Source of the DNA: Candidatus Micrarchaeia archaeon
GTDB taxonomy: Archaea; Micrarchaeota; Micrarchaeia; Micrarchaeales; CABMGC01
DNA length: 23,542 nucleotides
Direction: 5' to 3'
Assembly: GCA_049966395.1 (NCBI GenBank)
Contig: JBMFUT010000010.1
Coordinates: forward strand, 1-23,542
A model generated the notes under the pieces. That model was given only the letters and a program-made list of their open reading frames with translations. It did not search any database and had not been told where the DNA came from. Shown here piece by piece: positions 7,447-16,489 of the stretch (its first letter is position 1; every line of letters starts with the position of its first letter). The position numbers were made by a program, and so were the translations under genes.

Positions 7447-8598
7447 ATGCAGATCCCAAACATATACGCTTACAAAAACCTCAAGCTGCTTGTCGCGATC
7501 CCAATAATTCTCTTGTTCGTGGGGCTCTACCTCTCGCAGTTCATAGTATATGATGTTTCGCTTAGCGGAGGAATAAGCATAACAGTGCAGTCAAACTCCA
7601 CAGTGAATATCGCCAGCCTGCAGAAGTTTGTTTCGCAAAAGTTTGGCATAGCAGCTTCGGTATCCCCCGGAACCAGCGGCATAACAATAACTATACCTTC
7701 AAACTCTAGCATTGCAGCGGCAGAAGAAGACCTTGTTAATTTCTACACCTATAGCGCAAACTACTCTAGCTACCTGTTCAACTACACGAGTGCAAGCCTA
7801 GCTTTGCAGCACCAGCCCAGCAACGCTACTATAATGGCAGAGGTGTCGTCCTCAAGCAAAGGCCTAAACGCATCAATTTCTGGCATGCGCAGCACCCTCA
7901 ACGACGAGCTTGCACAGCTGAAGCCTTTCATAGGCGCTGTGCAGTACAACTCGACAGACGCTGCGCAGATGAGCAGCCTGGCGGCTTCCGCATACGCCAA
8001 CGCGACAAACGCATACACAAAGCAGGTTATCTCAGAAATACGCTCCGCAGTGCCATTCTCTTCTTACAAATACGAGCCAGTAACTCCTACGCTGAGCAGG
8101 TTCTTCCTTTCGCAGGTTGAAACTGTGCTCATTGTGTCTTTCATACTGATATCAATAACGGTCTTCATAATATTCAGGTCAGCAATACCTTCGCTTGCAG
8201 TAATATTCGGCGCAGGCAACGACATAATAATAGCACTTGGCTTCATGGGCCTTTTCAAGATACCGCTCGGAGTGGCAAGCCTTGGCGGTCTGCTAATGCT
8301 CATAGGTTATTCTATAGACACAGAGCTTCTCACCTCAATAAGGATACTAAAGAGGCACGAGGGCTCTGCAGAGGAGCGCGCATACTCAGCAATGAGCACT
8401 GGGCTGACAATGACCAGCACCGCAATCGTCGCCTTTGCAATGCTCTTTGTCGTATCATTGATTTCTGGCATAACTACATATTTCGAGATCTCAGGCGTGG
8501 TGCTATTCGGCCTCATCGGTGACATATTCACCACGTGGTTCGGAAACGCTCCGATGGTATTGATATACAAGAAAAGAAAGGAAATGGGTGCAAGATGA
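7447..8598 (+). CDS. secF: Protein translocase subunit SecF (archaeal type)
   Basis: N-terminal TM + LSGG motif, extracytoplasmic domain, five C-terminal TMs with FIIFRS, LMLIGYSIDT, GLIGDIFTTWFGN. Confidence 0.9.
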   Translation: MQIPNIYAYKNLKLLVAIPIILLFVGLYLSQFIVYDVSLSGGISITVQSNSTVNIASLQKFVSQKFGIAASVSPGTSGITITIPSNSSIAAAEEDLVNFYTYSANYSSYLFNYTSASLALQHQPSNATIMAEVSSSSKGLNASISGMRSTLNDELAQLKPFIGAVQYNSTDAAQMSSLAASAYANATNAYTKQVISEIRSAVPFSSYKYEPVTPTLSRFFLSQVETVLIVSFILISITVFIIFRSAIPSLAVIFGAGNDIIIALGFMGLFKIPLGVASLGGLLMLIGYSIDTELLTSIRILKRHEGSAEERAYSAMSTGLTMTSTAIVAFAMLFVVSLISGITTYFEISGVVLFGLIGDIFTTWFGNAPMVLIYKKRKEMGAR

Positions 8599-10211
8599 TG
8601 CCGCTGGCAGAATACTTTAAGGACAGGAGAATACTTACCCTAATAGCAATAATAGCGATACTCGCCATACTTGATGCGCTTTACGGGGGCCCTCACATAT
8701 TGCATTTCGGCATAGAGTTCATAGGAGGCACCCAGATACCTGTGACCCTTGCCCATCCACTCAATCCTGACGAAATGAGCAGCCTGATAAGCACGCTGCA
8801 GCAAAGAATATCAACATACGGCCTAAAGGAAATAACTATAGAAGGGGTAGGAAATTCTGAAATCTACGTTACAATACCAAGCGTCTCAGGAAGCGAGATA
8901 AATGCAACTATCTCTCTCATACAGAGCCAGGGAGTGTTCCAAGGCATAGTCAACGGCAGGGAAGCGATAAATGGCTCTTCGATATTGAGCGGGAGCATAG
9001 GAGCAGTGCCGCCAACAGTGCAGAACGGCAACGTCTCATGGGCTGTAAACTTCTTCATAACGCAGAAGGCTTCTGAATATTTTGCCAAGGCGGTTTTCGG
9101 CCAGGCGAACCAGCCGCTCTACATGTTCCTAGATAGGCCCGAGAGGGCTGTGGTAATACTCAACACATCGCTGCTTAACAACCAGACTTCCGCAGCAATA
9201 ACCAGGAGCAGCGAAATCTCTGCAATAGAGAGCGCTGTAGCCTTTGGCAACAACACCATACCAGTGGAATTCCTCAATCCTGATGCTAGCAACTGGGGCA
9301 GCATATACCGCTTCATGGCCTCGCACAACTCATCATATCACAAAGTCATTTTCGCGAAAAGCTTGCCTAAGAGCATTGTTTCTAACCTGACTAGGCTCAA
9401 CTACTCAGTATCAGAGCTTTCAAATGCCAACATGACTCCTGTGTTTACTCTTGTGTCTACATCACCGACGTCTCAGAGGGTAATATTGGAAGAGTGGCCT
9501 GCAGTTGGCCTTCTGTCTTCGCCGATACTTAGCCCTGGAATAACAAACGGCTCGTTGAGCCAGAGCTACCAGATATCAGGCTTCGCGCCTCCTTCAATGC
9601 CTTCATCAGAAAAAGTGGCATATGCCAACAATCAGTCAAAGATGATTTCTAGCATACTCAGCGGCGGAGCGCTGCCTGTATCAGTAATAGTAGGCCAACC
9701 AGAGGTGACCTCGGCCCCACTGGGCAAGCAGATACTCAAGCTCAGCGCAATAGCCGCGCTGTTGTCAGTATTGGCAGTTGCTATAGTAATAACAGTAAGA
9801 TACAGGAAGGCTTTCTTGATAATGCCTATCCTTCTTACAACTTTTGCAGAGCTGTTCATAATAGTTTCTATAATAGGACTAATAGGCACCATAGATCTGG
9901 CGGCTGTGGCTGGAATGATAGCCGTGGTCGGAACAGGTGTGGACGCGCAGATAATAATAACCGACGAAGTACTTGTAGGCAGGAAGGATTCCGCGGTAAA
10001 AACTAGACTGAGCAATGCATTCTACATAGTCTGGGCAGACGCGGCCCTTCTCATAATAGCAATGATGCCTCTTCTTTTCGCCACATCACTTGTGTCAATA
10101 ATAGGGTTCTCCGAATCTACAATACTGGGCGCGATACTAGGTGTGCTTATAACAAGGCCGTCATATGCTGCAATAGTGAGCAAGCACTACGCGAGTGAGC
10201 AGAATGCGTAG
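8595..10211 (+). CDS. secD: Protein translocase subunit SecD (archaeal type)
   Basis: LHFGIEFIGG, RISTYGL, LSGGALPV, TIDLAAVAGMIAVVGTGVDAQIIITDE, GVLITRP. Start at ATG 8595 or 8598, overlapping the secF stop, after GGGTG. Confidence 0.92.
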   Translation: MMPLAEYFKDRRILTLIAIIAILAILDALYGGPHILHFGIEFIGGTQIPVTLAHPLNPDEMSSLISTLQQRISTYGLKEITIEGVGNSEIYVTIPSVSGSEINATISLIQSQGVFQGIVNGREAINGSSILSGSIGAVPPTVQNGNVSWAVNFFITQKASEYFAKAVFGQANQPLYMFLDRPERAVVILNTSLLNNQTSAAITRSSEISAIESAVAFGNNTIPVEFLNPDASNWGSIYRFMASHNSSYHKVIFAKSLPKSIVSNLTRLNYSVSELSNANMTPVFTLVSTSPTSQRVILEEWPAVGLLSSPILSPGITNGSLSQSYQISGFAPPSMPSSEKVAYANNQSKMISSILSGGALPVSVIVGQPEVTSAPLGKQILKLSAIAALLSVLAVAIVITVRYRKAFLIMPILLTTFAELFIIVSIIGLIGTIDLAAVAGMIAVVGTGVDAQIIITDEVLVGRKDSAVKTRLSNAFYIVWADAALLIIAMMPLLFATSLVSIIGFSESTILGAILGVLITRPSYAAIVSKHYASEQNA

Positions 10212-10839
10212 GCGATGCCCGATATGCGACAGGGAGGAAGGCGAAGTTAAATTTTACGGCGAGATATGCGAGGTTTGCGCAAGGGATCGAATATCCTCAT
10301 CGGTGCCTGAGAAGGCAGAAGTCACATTGTGCAAGCGTTGCGGCAGGATAAAGACCCCGCAGGGCTTCGAGCCGCTTGGCAAGGAGAGCCTAGCAATTGC
10401 GATAAGGAAGCAGTTCAAGGGCCATTGGATAAGGGTAAACTATTACAGCGCAAGTTCCGCATCTATAACAATATACGATGAAACGCGCGAGGGAGTGATA
10501 GAGGTTCCTAAAAGCATACAGATAGAGAGCAAATATACCATATGCAACGACTGCTACAGGAAATCTTCAGGATACTACGAGGCTGTTTTTCAGTTGCGCG
10601 GCGACAGCCAGAAAATGAAAACGCTTCTGGCAAGGCTGGAGCACTATTTCTCAAAAAAGAGCAGCTACATACTCAGCATAACCGAAGTTGACAACGGCTA
10701 CGACGTGAGGCTTCCTGACAAGAAGCTTGCCGCGTCTTTCATAGAAGCGTTTGGCATCAAGCCAAGCATATCCTACACTCTGTATGGCATTAAAAGAGGG
10801 AAGAAAGTCTACAGAAACACATACTCTATACGCCTCTAA
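10204..10839 (+). CDS. nmd3: NMD3-family ribosome biogenesis protein (short archaeal form)
   Basis: Four CxxC motifs (CPIC, CEVC, CKRC, CNDC), GYYEAVFQLR, C-terminal LYG...GKKVYRNTYSIRL. ATG 10204 overlaps the secD stop. Confidence 0.85.
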   Translation: MRRRCPICDREEGEVKFYGEICEVCARDRISSSVPEKAEVTLCKRCGRIKTPQGFEPLGKESLAIAIRKQFKGHWIRVNYYSASSASITIYDETREGVIEVPKSIQIESKYTICNDCYRKSSGYYEAVFQLRGDSQKMKTLLARLEHYFSKKSSYILSITEVDNGYDVRLPDKKLAASFIEAFGIKPSISYTLYGIKRGKKVYRNTYSIRL

Positions 10840-11044
10840 GCGCAGCGAAAGCATAAGCGTATTTTTCTTGCCGCGCCAAACCCATTAATAAAATGGTTTA
10901 AGTATTTTTTAGACAATAGACGAATGCACAGAACCAAATCCGATTAATATAAATATGAGGACTGCAACATAAATGTGTATATAAGGCACCGTCGATATTG
11001 CCTGATTGAGTAAGGCGGCGCTTCGACTTCCGATGCTGGTGTCC

Positions 11045-12451
11045 ATGAAAAATATTGCTTTGTACATTGGTGCATTGCTTCTGCTATTAGGCATGTTGCA
11101 GAGCGTGCAAGGCGTTTCTATATCGCCGCTTTTCAGCGGCATAACCCAGAAATGCGTGCAGCTGAACGAAAGCTACATTTCATGCCCAGACGGCGCGAAC
11201 ATAACGCTAACGTTCTCGGCATCGGCGCCGTACGCGCCGTACTATGGGAACTTTACAGTATACCCTACAGATTTCGCTAACGAGAGTATGCCCACAAATA
11301 TATACGGTAGGATATGCAGCGTGCCAAGCTCTTCTACAGTCACGTGCTTCATGACGATTAAGCCGATAAGCCTCTTCAGCGGCAACGGCACCGCATCCAG
11401 GAAAATAACATTGCTCCTTGTTTCAGAAAATTATCCGCAGGTCAGGTTTGAGCAGTATTTCAACATAACAATAGAACATTACCAGAGTCCATTCGGATAT
11501 ACTATATTAAGCATTTATCGCGGCGTCAACTCGACATACGTTAACATGAGCAGCGTCTACAACTATTTCTGCAGCACATACGAGGTGTGCAACTCCTCGC
11601 TAGGCAGCAGCCTTTATTATGCCGGCAGCGAGATAAGCAAGGCAAGCGCCTCAATATCAAACTCAAGTCTCCAACAGGCATATGCAGAACTCATGCTTGC
11701 TAACACCACGCTCACTAATTCCGAGGCTGAATATTCCTCCTTCGTCTCAATGTCAAATAAAATATCAAACAACATCATAAAGGCGAAGTACTTGATCGCA
11801 AATGCCACAGACATATACTTGGCAAATGCAGGCAAGCTCTCAAATTGCACATTCTTAAACGGTACGAGCTACGCCAACTACATAAACTCCTCGATAAAAT
11901 CTATTTCGTCATACTCAATGCTGAACACACTGCAGTCATCTAGCGCCTATCTCAATGCGAGCAGCAAACTGCTGAACAACGAAACTTCATTGGTTAGGGT
12001 CTGCTACTACAAGAGCAATCCAATCGCGCTGCCAAAGATCAGCATTCCTAGCGGCACCGTGCTGCTCTACGTTGCGATAGTGATAATAGCAATATTCGCC
12101 ATATACGCCATATCAAGGGCCAGAGAATACATGATCTTTAAGACAGAGAAGGAAAGCGCCGAAGTGCCTCCAATAAACCCTCCGAGCAGCGAAAGCGCCG
12201 AAGGTCAGCCTGAAGGAAGCACAGAGAGCGCAGAGCCATTGGCATCTGAGGACTCTTTCAACAAGTGGTTCGACAGCACTATAAAGAAAAGTGAGCAAGA
12301 GCCAGAAGGAAAGGATGCTTCTCCAGCCGAAGGCGAAACGCAGCAACCGAAGCCGCAGCCCAAGCCGCAGCCAAAACAGCAGCCAAAACAGCAGTCCAAA
12401 AAGGGCAAGAGGGCAGATCCAAAAAGCGCGGGCGGCAAGGCAGATAGCTAA
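11045..12451 (+). CDS. Hypothetical membrane-anchored, N-glycosylation-rich surface protein
   Basis: ATG 11045 after GGTG; signal peptide MKNIALYIGALLLLLGMLQSVQG; about 17 N-X-S/T sequons; Cys-containing ectodomain; TM VLLYVAIVIIAIFAIYAI; low-complexity charged tail. Confidence 0.8.
   Translation: MKNIALYIGALLLLLGMLQSVQGVSISPLFSGITQKCVQLNESYISCPDGANITLTFSASAPYAPYYGNFTVYPTDFANESMPTNIYGRICSVPSSSTVTCFMTIKPISLFSGNGTASRKITLLLVSENYPQVRFEQYFNITIEHYQSPFGYTILSIYRGVNSTYVNMSSVYNYFCSTYEVCNSSLGSSLYYAGSEISKASASISNSSLQQAYAELMLANTTLTNSEAEYSSFVSMSNKISNNIIKAKYLIANATDIYLANAGKLSNCTFLNGTSYANYINSSIKSISSYSMLNTLQSSSAYLNASSKLLNNETSLVRVCYYKSNPIALPKISIPSGTVLLYVAIVIIAIFAIYAISRAREYMIFKTEKESAEVPPINPPSSESAEGQPEGSTESAEPLASEDSFNKWFDSTIKKSEQEPEGKDASPAEGETQQPKPQPKPQPKQQPKQQSKKGKRADPKSAGGKADS
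12341..12400 (+). repeat. Five 12-bp coding tandem repeats (QQPK/PQPK)
   Basis: cagcaaccgaag ccgcagcccaag ccgcagccaaaa cagcagccaaaa cagcagtccaaa. Confidence 0.8.
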
Positions 12452-12486
12452 GACTATTGCACATGCAGCAATCGCTTCGCAAATGA

Positions 12487-12557
12487 TGGAGGCAAGGAGA
12501 ATCGAACTCCTGTCTGCACCTTGTAAGGGTGCCGTCCTACCATTAGACTATGCCTCC
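12487..12557 (-). tRNA. tRNA-Val (anticodon TAC), intronless, CCA not encoded
   Basis: Minus strand GGAGGCA-TA-GTCTAATGGTAGGAC-G-GCACC-CTTACAA-GGTGC-AGAC-AGGAG-TTCGATT-CTCCT-TGCCTCC-A folds as a complete cloverleaf. Confidence 0.95.
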
Positions 12558-13771
12558 GCGGAATGCCTCTTTGCGAAACTGTCCATCTTTTCAACTGCTT
12601 CTTCAAGTATTTCCCTAGGAGGCAACGCAACTATCCTTGCATGTCCTCCTTCGCCGAAGCCTGACCCTCTAGTCAGCTGCACGCCTTCCTCCTCTAGCAG
12701 CTTTACCACAAATTCACCGTCGCTCTTCATGTGCAGCGCCTTGAGGTCTATGCGCGGAAAAACGTAGAAAGCGCCATTTGGCTCTACGGCATGCATATAA
12801 TCCCTGTCGTTTACAAGGCGCGTGACAAAATTTGCCCTGTCCGCAATTTGCCTCACCATGCTTTTTACCGCCTTGGAATGCTCTTTTATGTTTGAAATTC
12901 CTTCGGCAAATGCGTACTGCGCTGGGGTGTTTACCGAAAGCCTAGACATTGCCAGCTCAACGAATTTCCTCTTTACCTCCATGGAGTCGCGGTCTTCTCC
13001 AGGAATCAGTGCGTAGCCGAGCCTAAAGCCGGTGGAGTCGAAGTCCTTAGACGCACCGTTGAGTATCATGTACTTTGTGCCTTCTGCCACTTCGGAAAGG
13101 CTGGTGAAGTTGGCGCCGTTGAAAACTATCTCATCGTATATTTCGTCGCTTATCAGGAAAATTCCGCGGTCATTTGCAATGTCTACTATTTCCTTGAGCA
13201 CATTCCTCCCCATCACAGTTCCTGTCGGGTTGTTAGGATTTGTTATGAGCATGTATTTTATGCGGTCCCTTTTGTGCGCGTCAATAACCTTCTTCAGCTT
13301 GTCAGTGTCTATGTTCCAGTTCATGCTCTCGTAGTAACTCTCCATTATTGCCTTTCCTCCGTAAAAGTTGAGGAAGAGCGAATATAGCGGATAGTAGGGC
13401 TTGAATAGCACAGCAGAATCCCCCTCATCTATCATCGCGCTGTTTATGAACTGCAGCGCCTCCGAAACCCCCTGCGTTATTATTACAGAATCGATATCGG
13501 CGTCTAGGTTGTACATCCTCTTGTGCCTCTTGAGCACTGCCTCCCTGAGGTCCTTGAGCCCTGCGGCGCTCGAATAGTACGTGATGCCATTTTTCAGCGC
13601 CGAAATGTAGGCGTCTATTATGTACTTTGGCGTCTTGAAATATGGAGCGGGGTCTCCCCTATTCAGCCTTATTATTTTCTTGCCCTTCTTTGCAAGCGCC
13701 GCAACTATACTGTCGTTTTCCTGTATCGGGCTTCCTGCGAACGCGCTCCTTTTTGACAATATTGTGATCAT
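12548..13771 (-). CDS. PLP-dependent aminotransferase class I/II (Asp/Ala aminotransferase-like)
   Basis: LNRGDP, NPNNPTG, SDEIYD, SKDFDSTGFRLGY (PLP lysine), GAFYVFP. ATG 13771 follows SD GGGTGA that overlaps the upstream stop. Confidence 0.92.
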   Translation of the reverse strand: MITILSKRSAFAGSPIQENDSIVAALAKKGKKIIRLNRGDPAPYFKTPKYIIDAYISALKNGITYYSSAAGLKDLREAVLKRHKRMYNLDADIDSVIITQGVSEALQFINSAMIDEGDSAVLFKPYYPLYSLFLNFYGGKAIMESYYESMNWNIDTDKLKKVIDAHKRDRIKYMLITNPNNPTGTVMGRNVLKEIVDIANDRGIFLISDEIYDEIVFNGANFTSLSEVAEGTKYMILNGASKDFDSTGFRLGYALIPGEDRDSMEVKRKFVELAMSRLSVNTPAQYAFAEGISNIKEHSKAVKSMVRQIADRANFVTRLVNDRDYMHAVEPNGAFYVFPRIDLKALHMKSDGEFVVKLLEEEGVQLTRGSGFGEGGHARIVALPPREILEEAVEKMDSFAKRHSAEA

Positions 13772-13772
13772 A

Positions 13773-14438
13773 TCACCCATCAAATCCTGCATCGTCTATA
13801 AAGTAAATTCCGGTTTCAGAATGCCATTCTATATGCGCCTTTTTAATTTTTATTCCTTTGCGGAAAAGCGGCGCATTTAGAACGAAGGTCTCTGCCTCTC
13901 CGCCTTCGAATGCAGGGTTTATCCCGTACTTTCTGCTGATTTCGCCTATCCTTCCTACAACCGCGTCATCTATCTTCCTTCCGAGGAAGGATTCGTCCAG
14001 GCCTTCTGCAGACACAGAAGTAATTATCGCCTCGAAATTTTTCGCAACCTCCTTGAGCTCTTCCATTTGGTCAATGTGCCAGAGCGGCGCAATGTGCTCT
14101 ATTCCAAGTTTAGATGCTATCTTGTTTATCCTGTCTGCTTGGTACCTGCTGGCAATAGCGCCCGTAACAATTGTAGCCACATTGTTCTTTGCAAGCGCCT
14201 CTTCAAGGTCGTAGAGTTCCTCCTCCTTTGCGCCTTCGGTTTCTATAAGCACTTGCCTTATCCCCAGCGCCTCTGCCTGCAGCTTTGTGAAGCCTATGTT
14301 TGGATAATGAAACATGTAACTATCTCTGCTTTTCGGCGCCATTGTAATGAGAAGATCAACACGCACACCAAGCCCAAATGCCTTGTGTAGCGCAAGAACA
14401 GAATCCTTTCCTCCGCTGAAAAGGCAGGCGTTAGCCAT
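13773..14438 (-). CDS. dph6: Diphthine--ammonia ligase (PP-loop ATPase, Dph6 family)
   Basis: LFSGGKDS, SYMFH, GAIASRYQ, PLW, EGGEAETFVLNAPLF. ATG 14438 after GAGGTGG. Confidence 0.88.
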   Translation of the reverse strand: MANACLFSGGKDSVLALHKAFGLGVRVDLLITMAPKSRDSYMFHYPNIGFTKLQAEALGIRQVLIETEGAKEEELYDLEEALAKNNVATIVTGAIASRYQADRINKIASKLGIEHIAPLWHIDQMEELKEVAKNFEAIITSVSAEGLDESFLGRKIDDAVVGRIGEISRKYGINPAFEGGEAETFVLNAPLFRKGIKIKKAHIEWHSETGIYFIDDAGFDG

Positions 14439-14484
14439 AAAGCCACCTCGAGAAAAATTCATGCAATTTGCCAGGCAGCGCGAG

Positions 14485-15108
14485 CTAAGACTGCTGTTTT
14501 GCGATTCTTTTCTTTACGTGCTTCAGCGCAGAGAACGTATCTCTGTCCATCTCTTCCAGATGCATTGCTATGTACTTAGACTGGCTCACTATGCCCGGTA
14601 TGACAACATTCTGCAGGGCGTTGACCCTTCTCTTAGTCTTGTCTATCTCTATCACTATCCTCTTCAGCCCCTGCTCCCTCTGCGCAACGTCTATCATCAC
14701 GTTGGTGGCGTTTGAAAAGTCGCTACTTATGTCGTCAGCAGCTATGTTGGTTGATATGATGTTGTAGTTTACTGTAGCTTGCACGTTCGCCCTGCTTATC
14801 TCAGGCACCTTCACGCCCATTATGTTTTTTATTGTCATCTTTATGGGTTCCGCCTCCTCTATGTGCATTGCGACCTCCTCGAGCTCGAAATTGCCTATGT
14901 ATGCGGAGGCGATTGCAATCCCTCTATAGGCCTTTTCCATTATCTCGTTGAGGTAGCTCACGTCGTTCTTTGACATCTTTAGCATCTTGAGGAATTCCAT
15001 GACAAGGACTTCTCTCTTGCGCTTCAGTATCCCGTATCCCTTCCTCGCCATGGCTGCCCTTCTCTTGAGGTTTATCAGGTTCATCCTTGTTGGGTTTACC
15101 CTCTGCAA
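14485..15108 (-). CDS. atpD: A/V-type ATP synthase subunit D
   Basis: PTRMNL, GYGILKRKRE, NIMGVKVP, KTKRRVNAL..VVIP. TTG start. Confidence 0.95.
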   Translation of the reverse strand: MQRVNPTRMNLINLKRRAAMARKGYGILKRKREVLVMEFLKMLKMSKNDVSYLNEIMEKAYRGIAIASAYIGNFELEEVAMHIEEAEPIKMTIKNIMGVKVPEISRANVQATVNYNIISTNIAADDISSDFSNATNVMIDVAQREQGLKRIVIEIDKTKRRVNALQNVVIPGIVSQSKYIAMHLEEMDRDTFSALKHVKKRIAKQQS

Positions 15109-15112
15109 ACGA

Positions 15113-16489
15113 TCATCTCTTGTAGTATTTGTCCACGTATTCCTTCTTTATTCTAGTGAGCTCTGATTCAGGGAGCATTGACAAAAGCTCCCACCCTATG
15201 TTCAGGGTTTCCTCTATGCTCCTGTCTTCATACGGCCCCTGCCCTATGAATTTGCTCTCAAAAGCTCCGCCGAACTTGAGGTACATCTTGTCGCTCTCGC
15301 TAAGCGCCTCGGCGCCGACTATGGAGCTAAGGTTCCTCGCATCCTGCGCCTTTGCGTAGGCGCCGTAGAGCTGGTCCGCAACCCCCCTGTGGTCTTCCCT
15401 AGTTTTGCCTGCGCCTATCCCGTTGCTCATGAGCCTGGAGAGCGATCCAAGTGGGTTTACTGGAGGATAAATGCTTCTGTTGCTGAGGTCCCTCGCAAGG
15501 AATATCTGCCCCTCGGTTATGTAGCCGGTGAGATCAGGTATTGGGTGCGTCACATCGTCGCTAGGCATTGACACAACATTGAGCTGCGTTATGCTTCCCT
15601 TATTGCCTTTTACTATTCCAGCCCTCTCGTATATGCTTGCGAGGTCTGTATACATGTACCCAGGGTAGCCCCTTCTTCCTGGCACCTCCTCCCTTGCGCT
15701 CGAAAGCTCCCTGAGCGCCTCGCAGTAGTTTGTCATGTCGTCAAGCATGACAAGCACGTGCATGCCTCGCTCGTATGCCAAGTATTCTGCAGTCGTAAGC
15801 GCCAGCCTTGGAGTAAGTATTCTCTCTATGCTCGGGTCGTCGGCAAGATTTATGAACGCGACGCTCCTTGAAATGGCTCCCGTCTTCCTGAACTCGTTGA
15901 TGAAATACATCGCATCGTCATAAGTGATGCCTATGCCAGCAAACACCACTGCAAATTTCTCCTGGGTGCTCTTCACCTTTGCCTGCCTTGCTATCTGCGC
16001 TGCAAGCTGGTTGTGAGGTAGCCCTGCGCCAGAGAATATAGGAAGCTTCTGCCCCCTAACCAGAGTCATCAGGCCGTCTATGCTCGAAATTCCTGTCTCT
16101 ATGAAATCAGATGGCATTGCCCTTGCAGAAGGGTTTATTGGCGCTCCGTTTATGTCGCGCTTCTCCTTGTAGGAAATCTCTCCGCCGGAATCCCTGGGCC
16201 TGCCCTGGCCGTCGAAAATTCTCCCTAGCATTTCCTCAGAAACGCCTACGCTGAAAGTCTCGCCAAGGAAGCTCACAGAAGTTTTGTCTATGTCTATTCC
16301 AGTAGTAGGACCGAAAATCTGCACTATCGCATTCTTGTCGCTAGTGTCGAGCACCTGTCCAAGTCTCATCTCTCCACTCTGAAGCCTCACCTTGACTATT
16401 TCTCCGTATGCCGCGCTGCCTACCTTGCCAACTACAATGAGCGGCCCCGCGACGCTTTCTATTGTTTTGTAATCAATTTCGAATTTCAT
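15113..16489 (-). CDS. atpB: A/V-type ATP synthase subunit B
   Basis: [47 protein letters not shown]. Confidence 0.97.
   Translation of the reverse strand: MKFEIDYKTIESVAGPLIVVGKVGSAAYGEIVKVRLQSGEMRLGQVLDTSDKNAIVQIFGPTTGIDIDKTSVSFLGETFSVGVSEEMLGRIFDGQGRPRDSGGEISYKEKRDINGAPINPSARAMPSDFIETGISSIDGLMTLVRGQKLPIFSGAGLPHNQLAAQIARQAKVKSTQEKFAVVFAGIGITYDDAMYFINEFRKTGAISRSVAFINLADDPSIERILTPRLALTTAEYLAYERGMHVLVMLDDMTNYCEALRELSSAREEVPGRRGYPGYMYTDLASIYERAGIVKGNKGSITQLNVVSMPSDDVTHPIPDLTGYITEGQIFLARDLSNRSIYPPVNPLGSLSRLMSNGIGAGKTREDHRGVADQLYGAYAKAQDARNLSSIVGAEALSESDKMYLKFGGAFESKFIGQGPYEDRSIEETLNIGWELLSMLPESELTRIKKEYVDKYYKR

Noticed and set aside
6945..12557. Integrated element bounded by the two tRNA genes
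   Set aside because: No integrase, no duplicated tRNA end (att site) seen, and the enclosed genes are mostly core (secFD, nmd3).
12291..12767. 158-aa plus-strand ORF spanning the tRNA-Val
   Set aside because: It overlaps the surface-protein gene, the tRNA and the aminotransferase, and is a low-complexity frame artefact.
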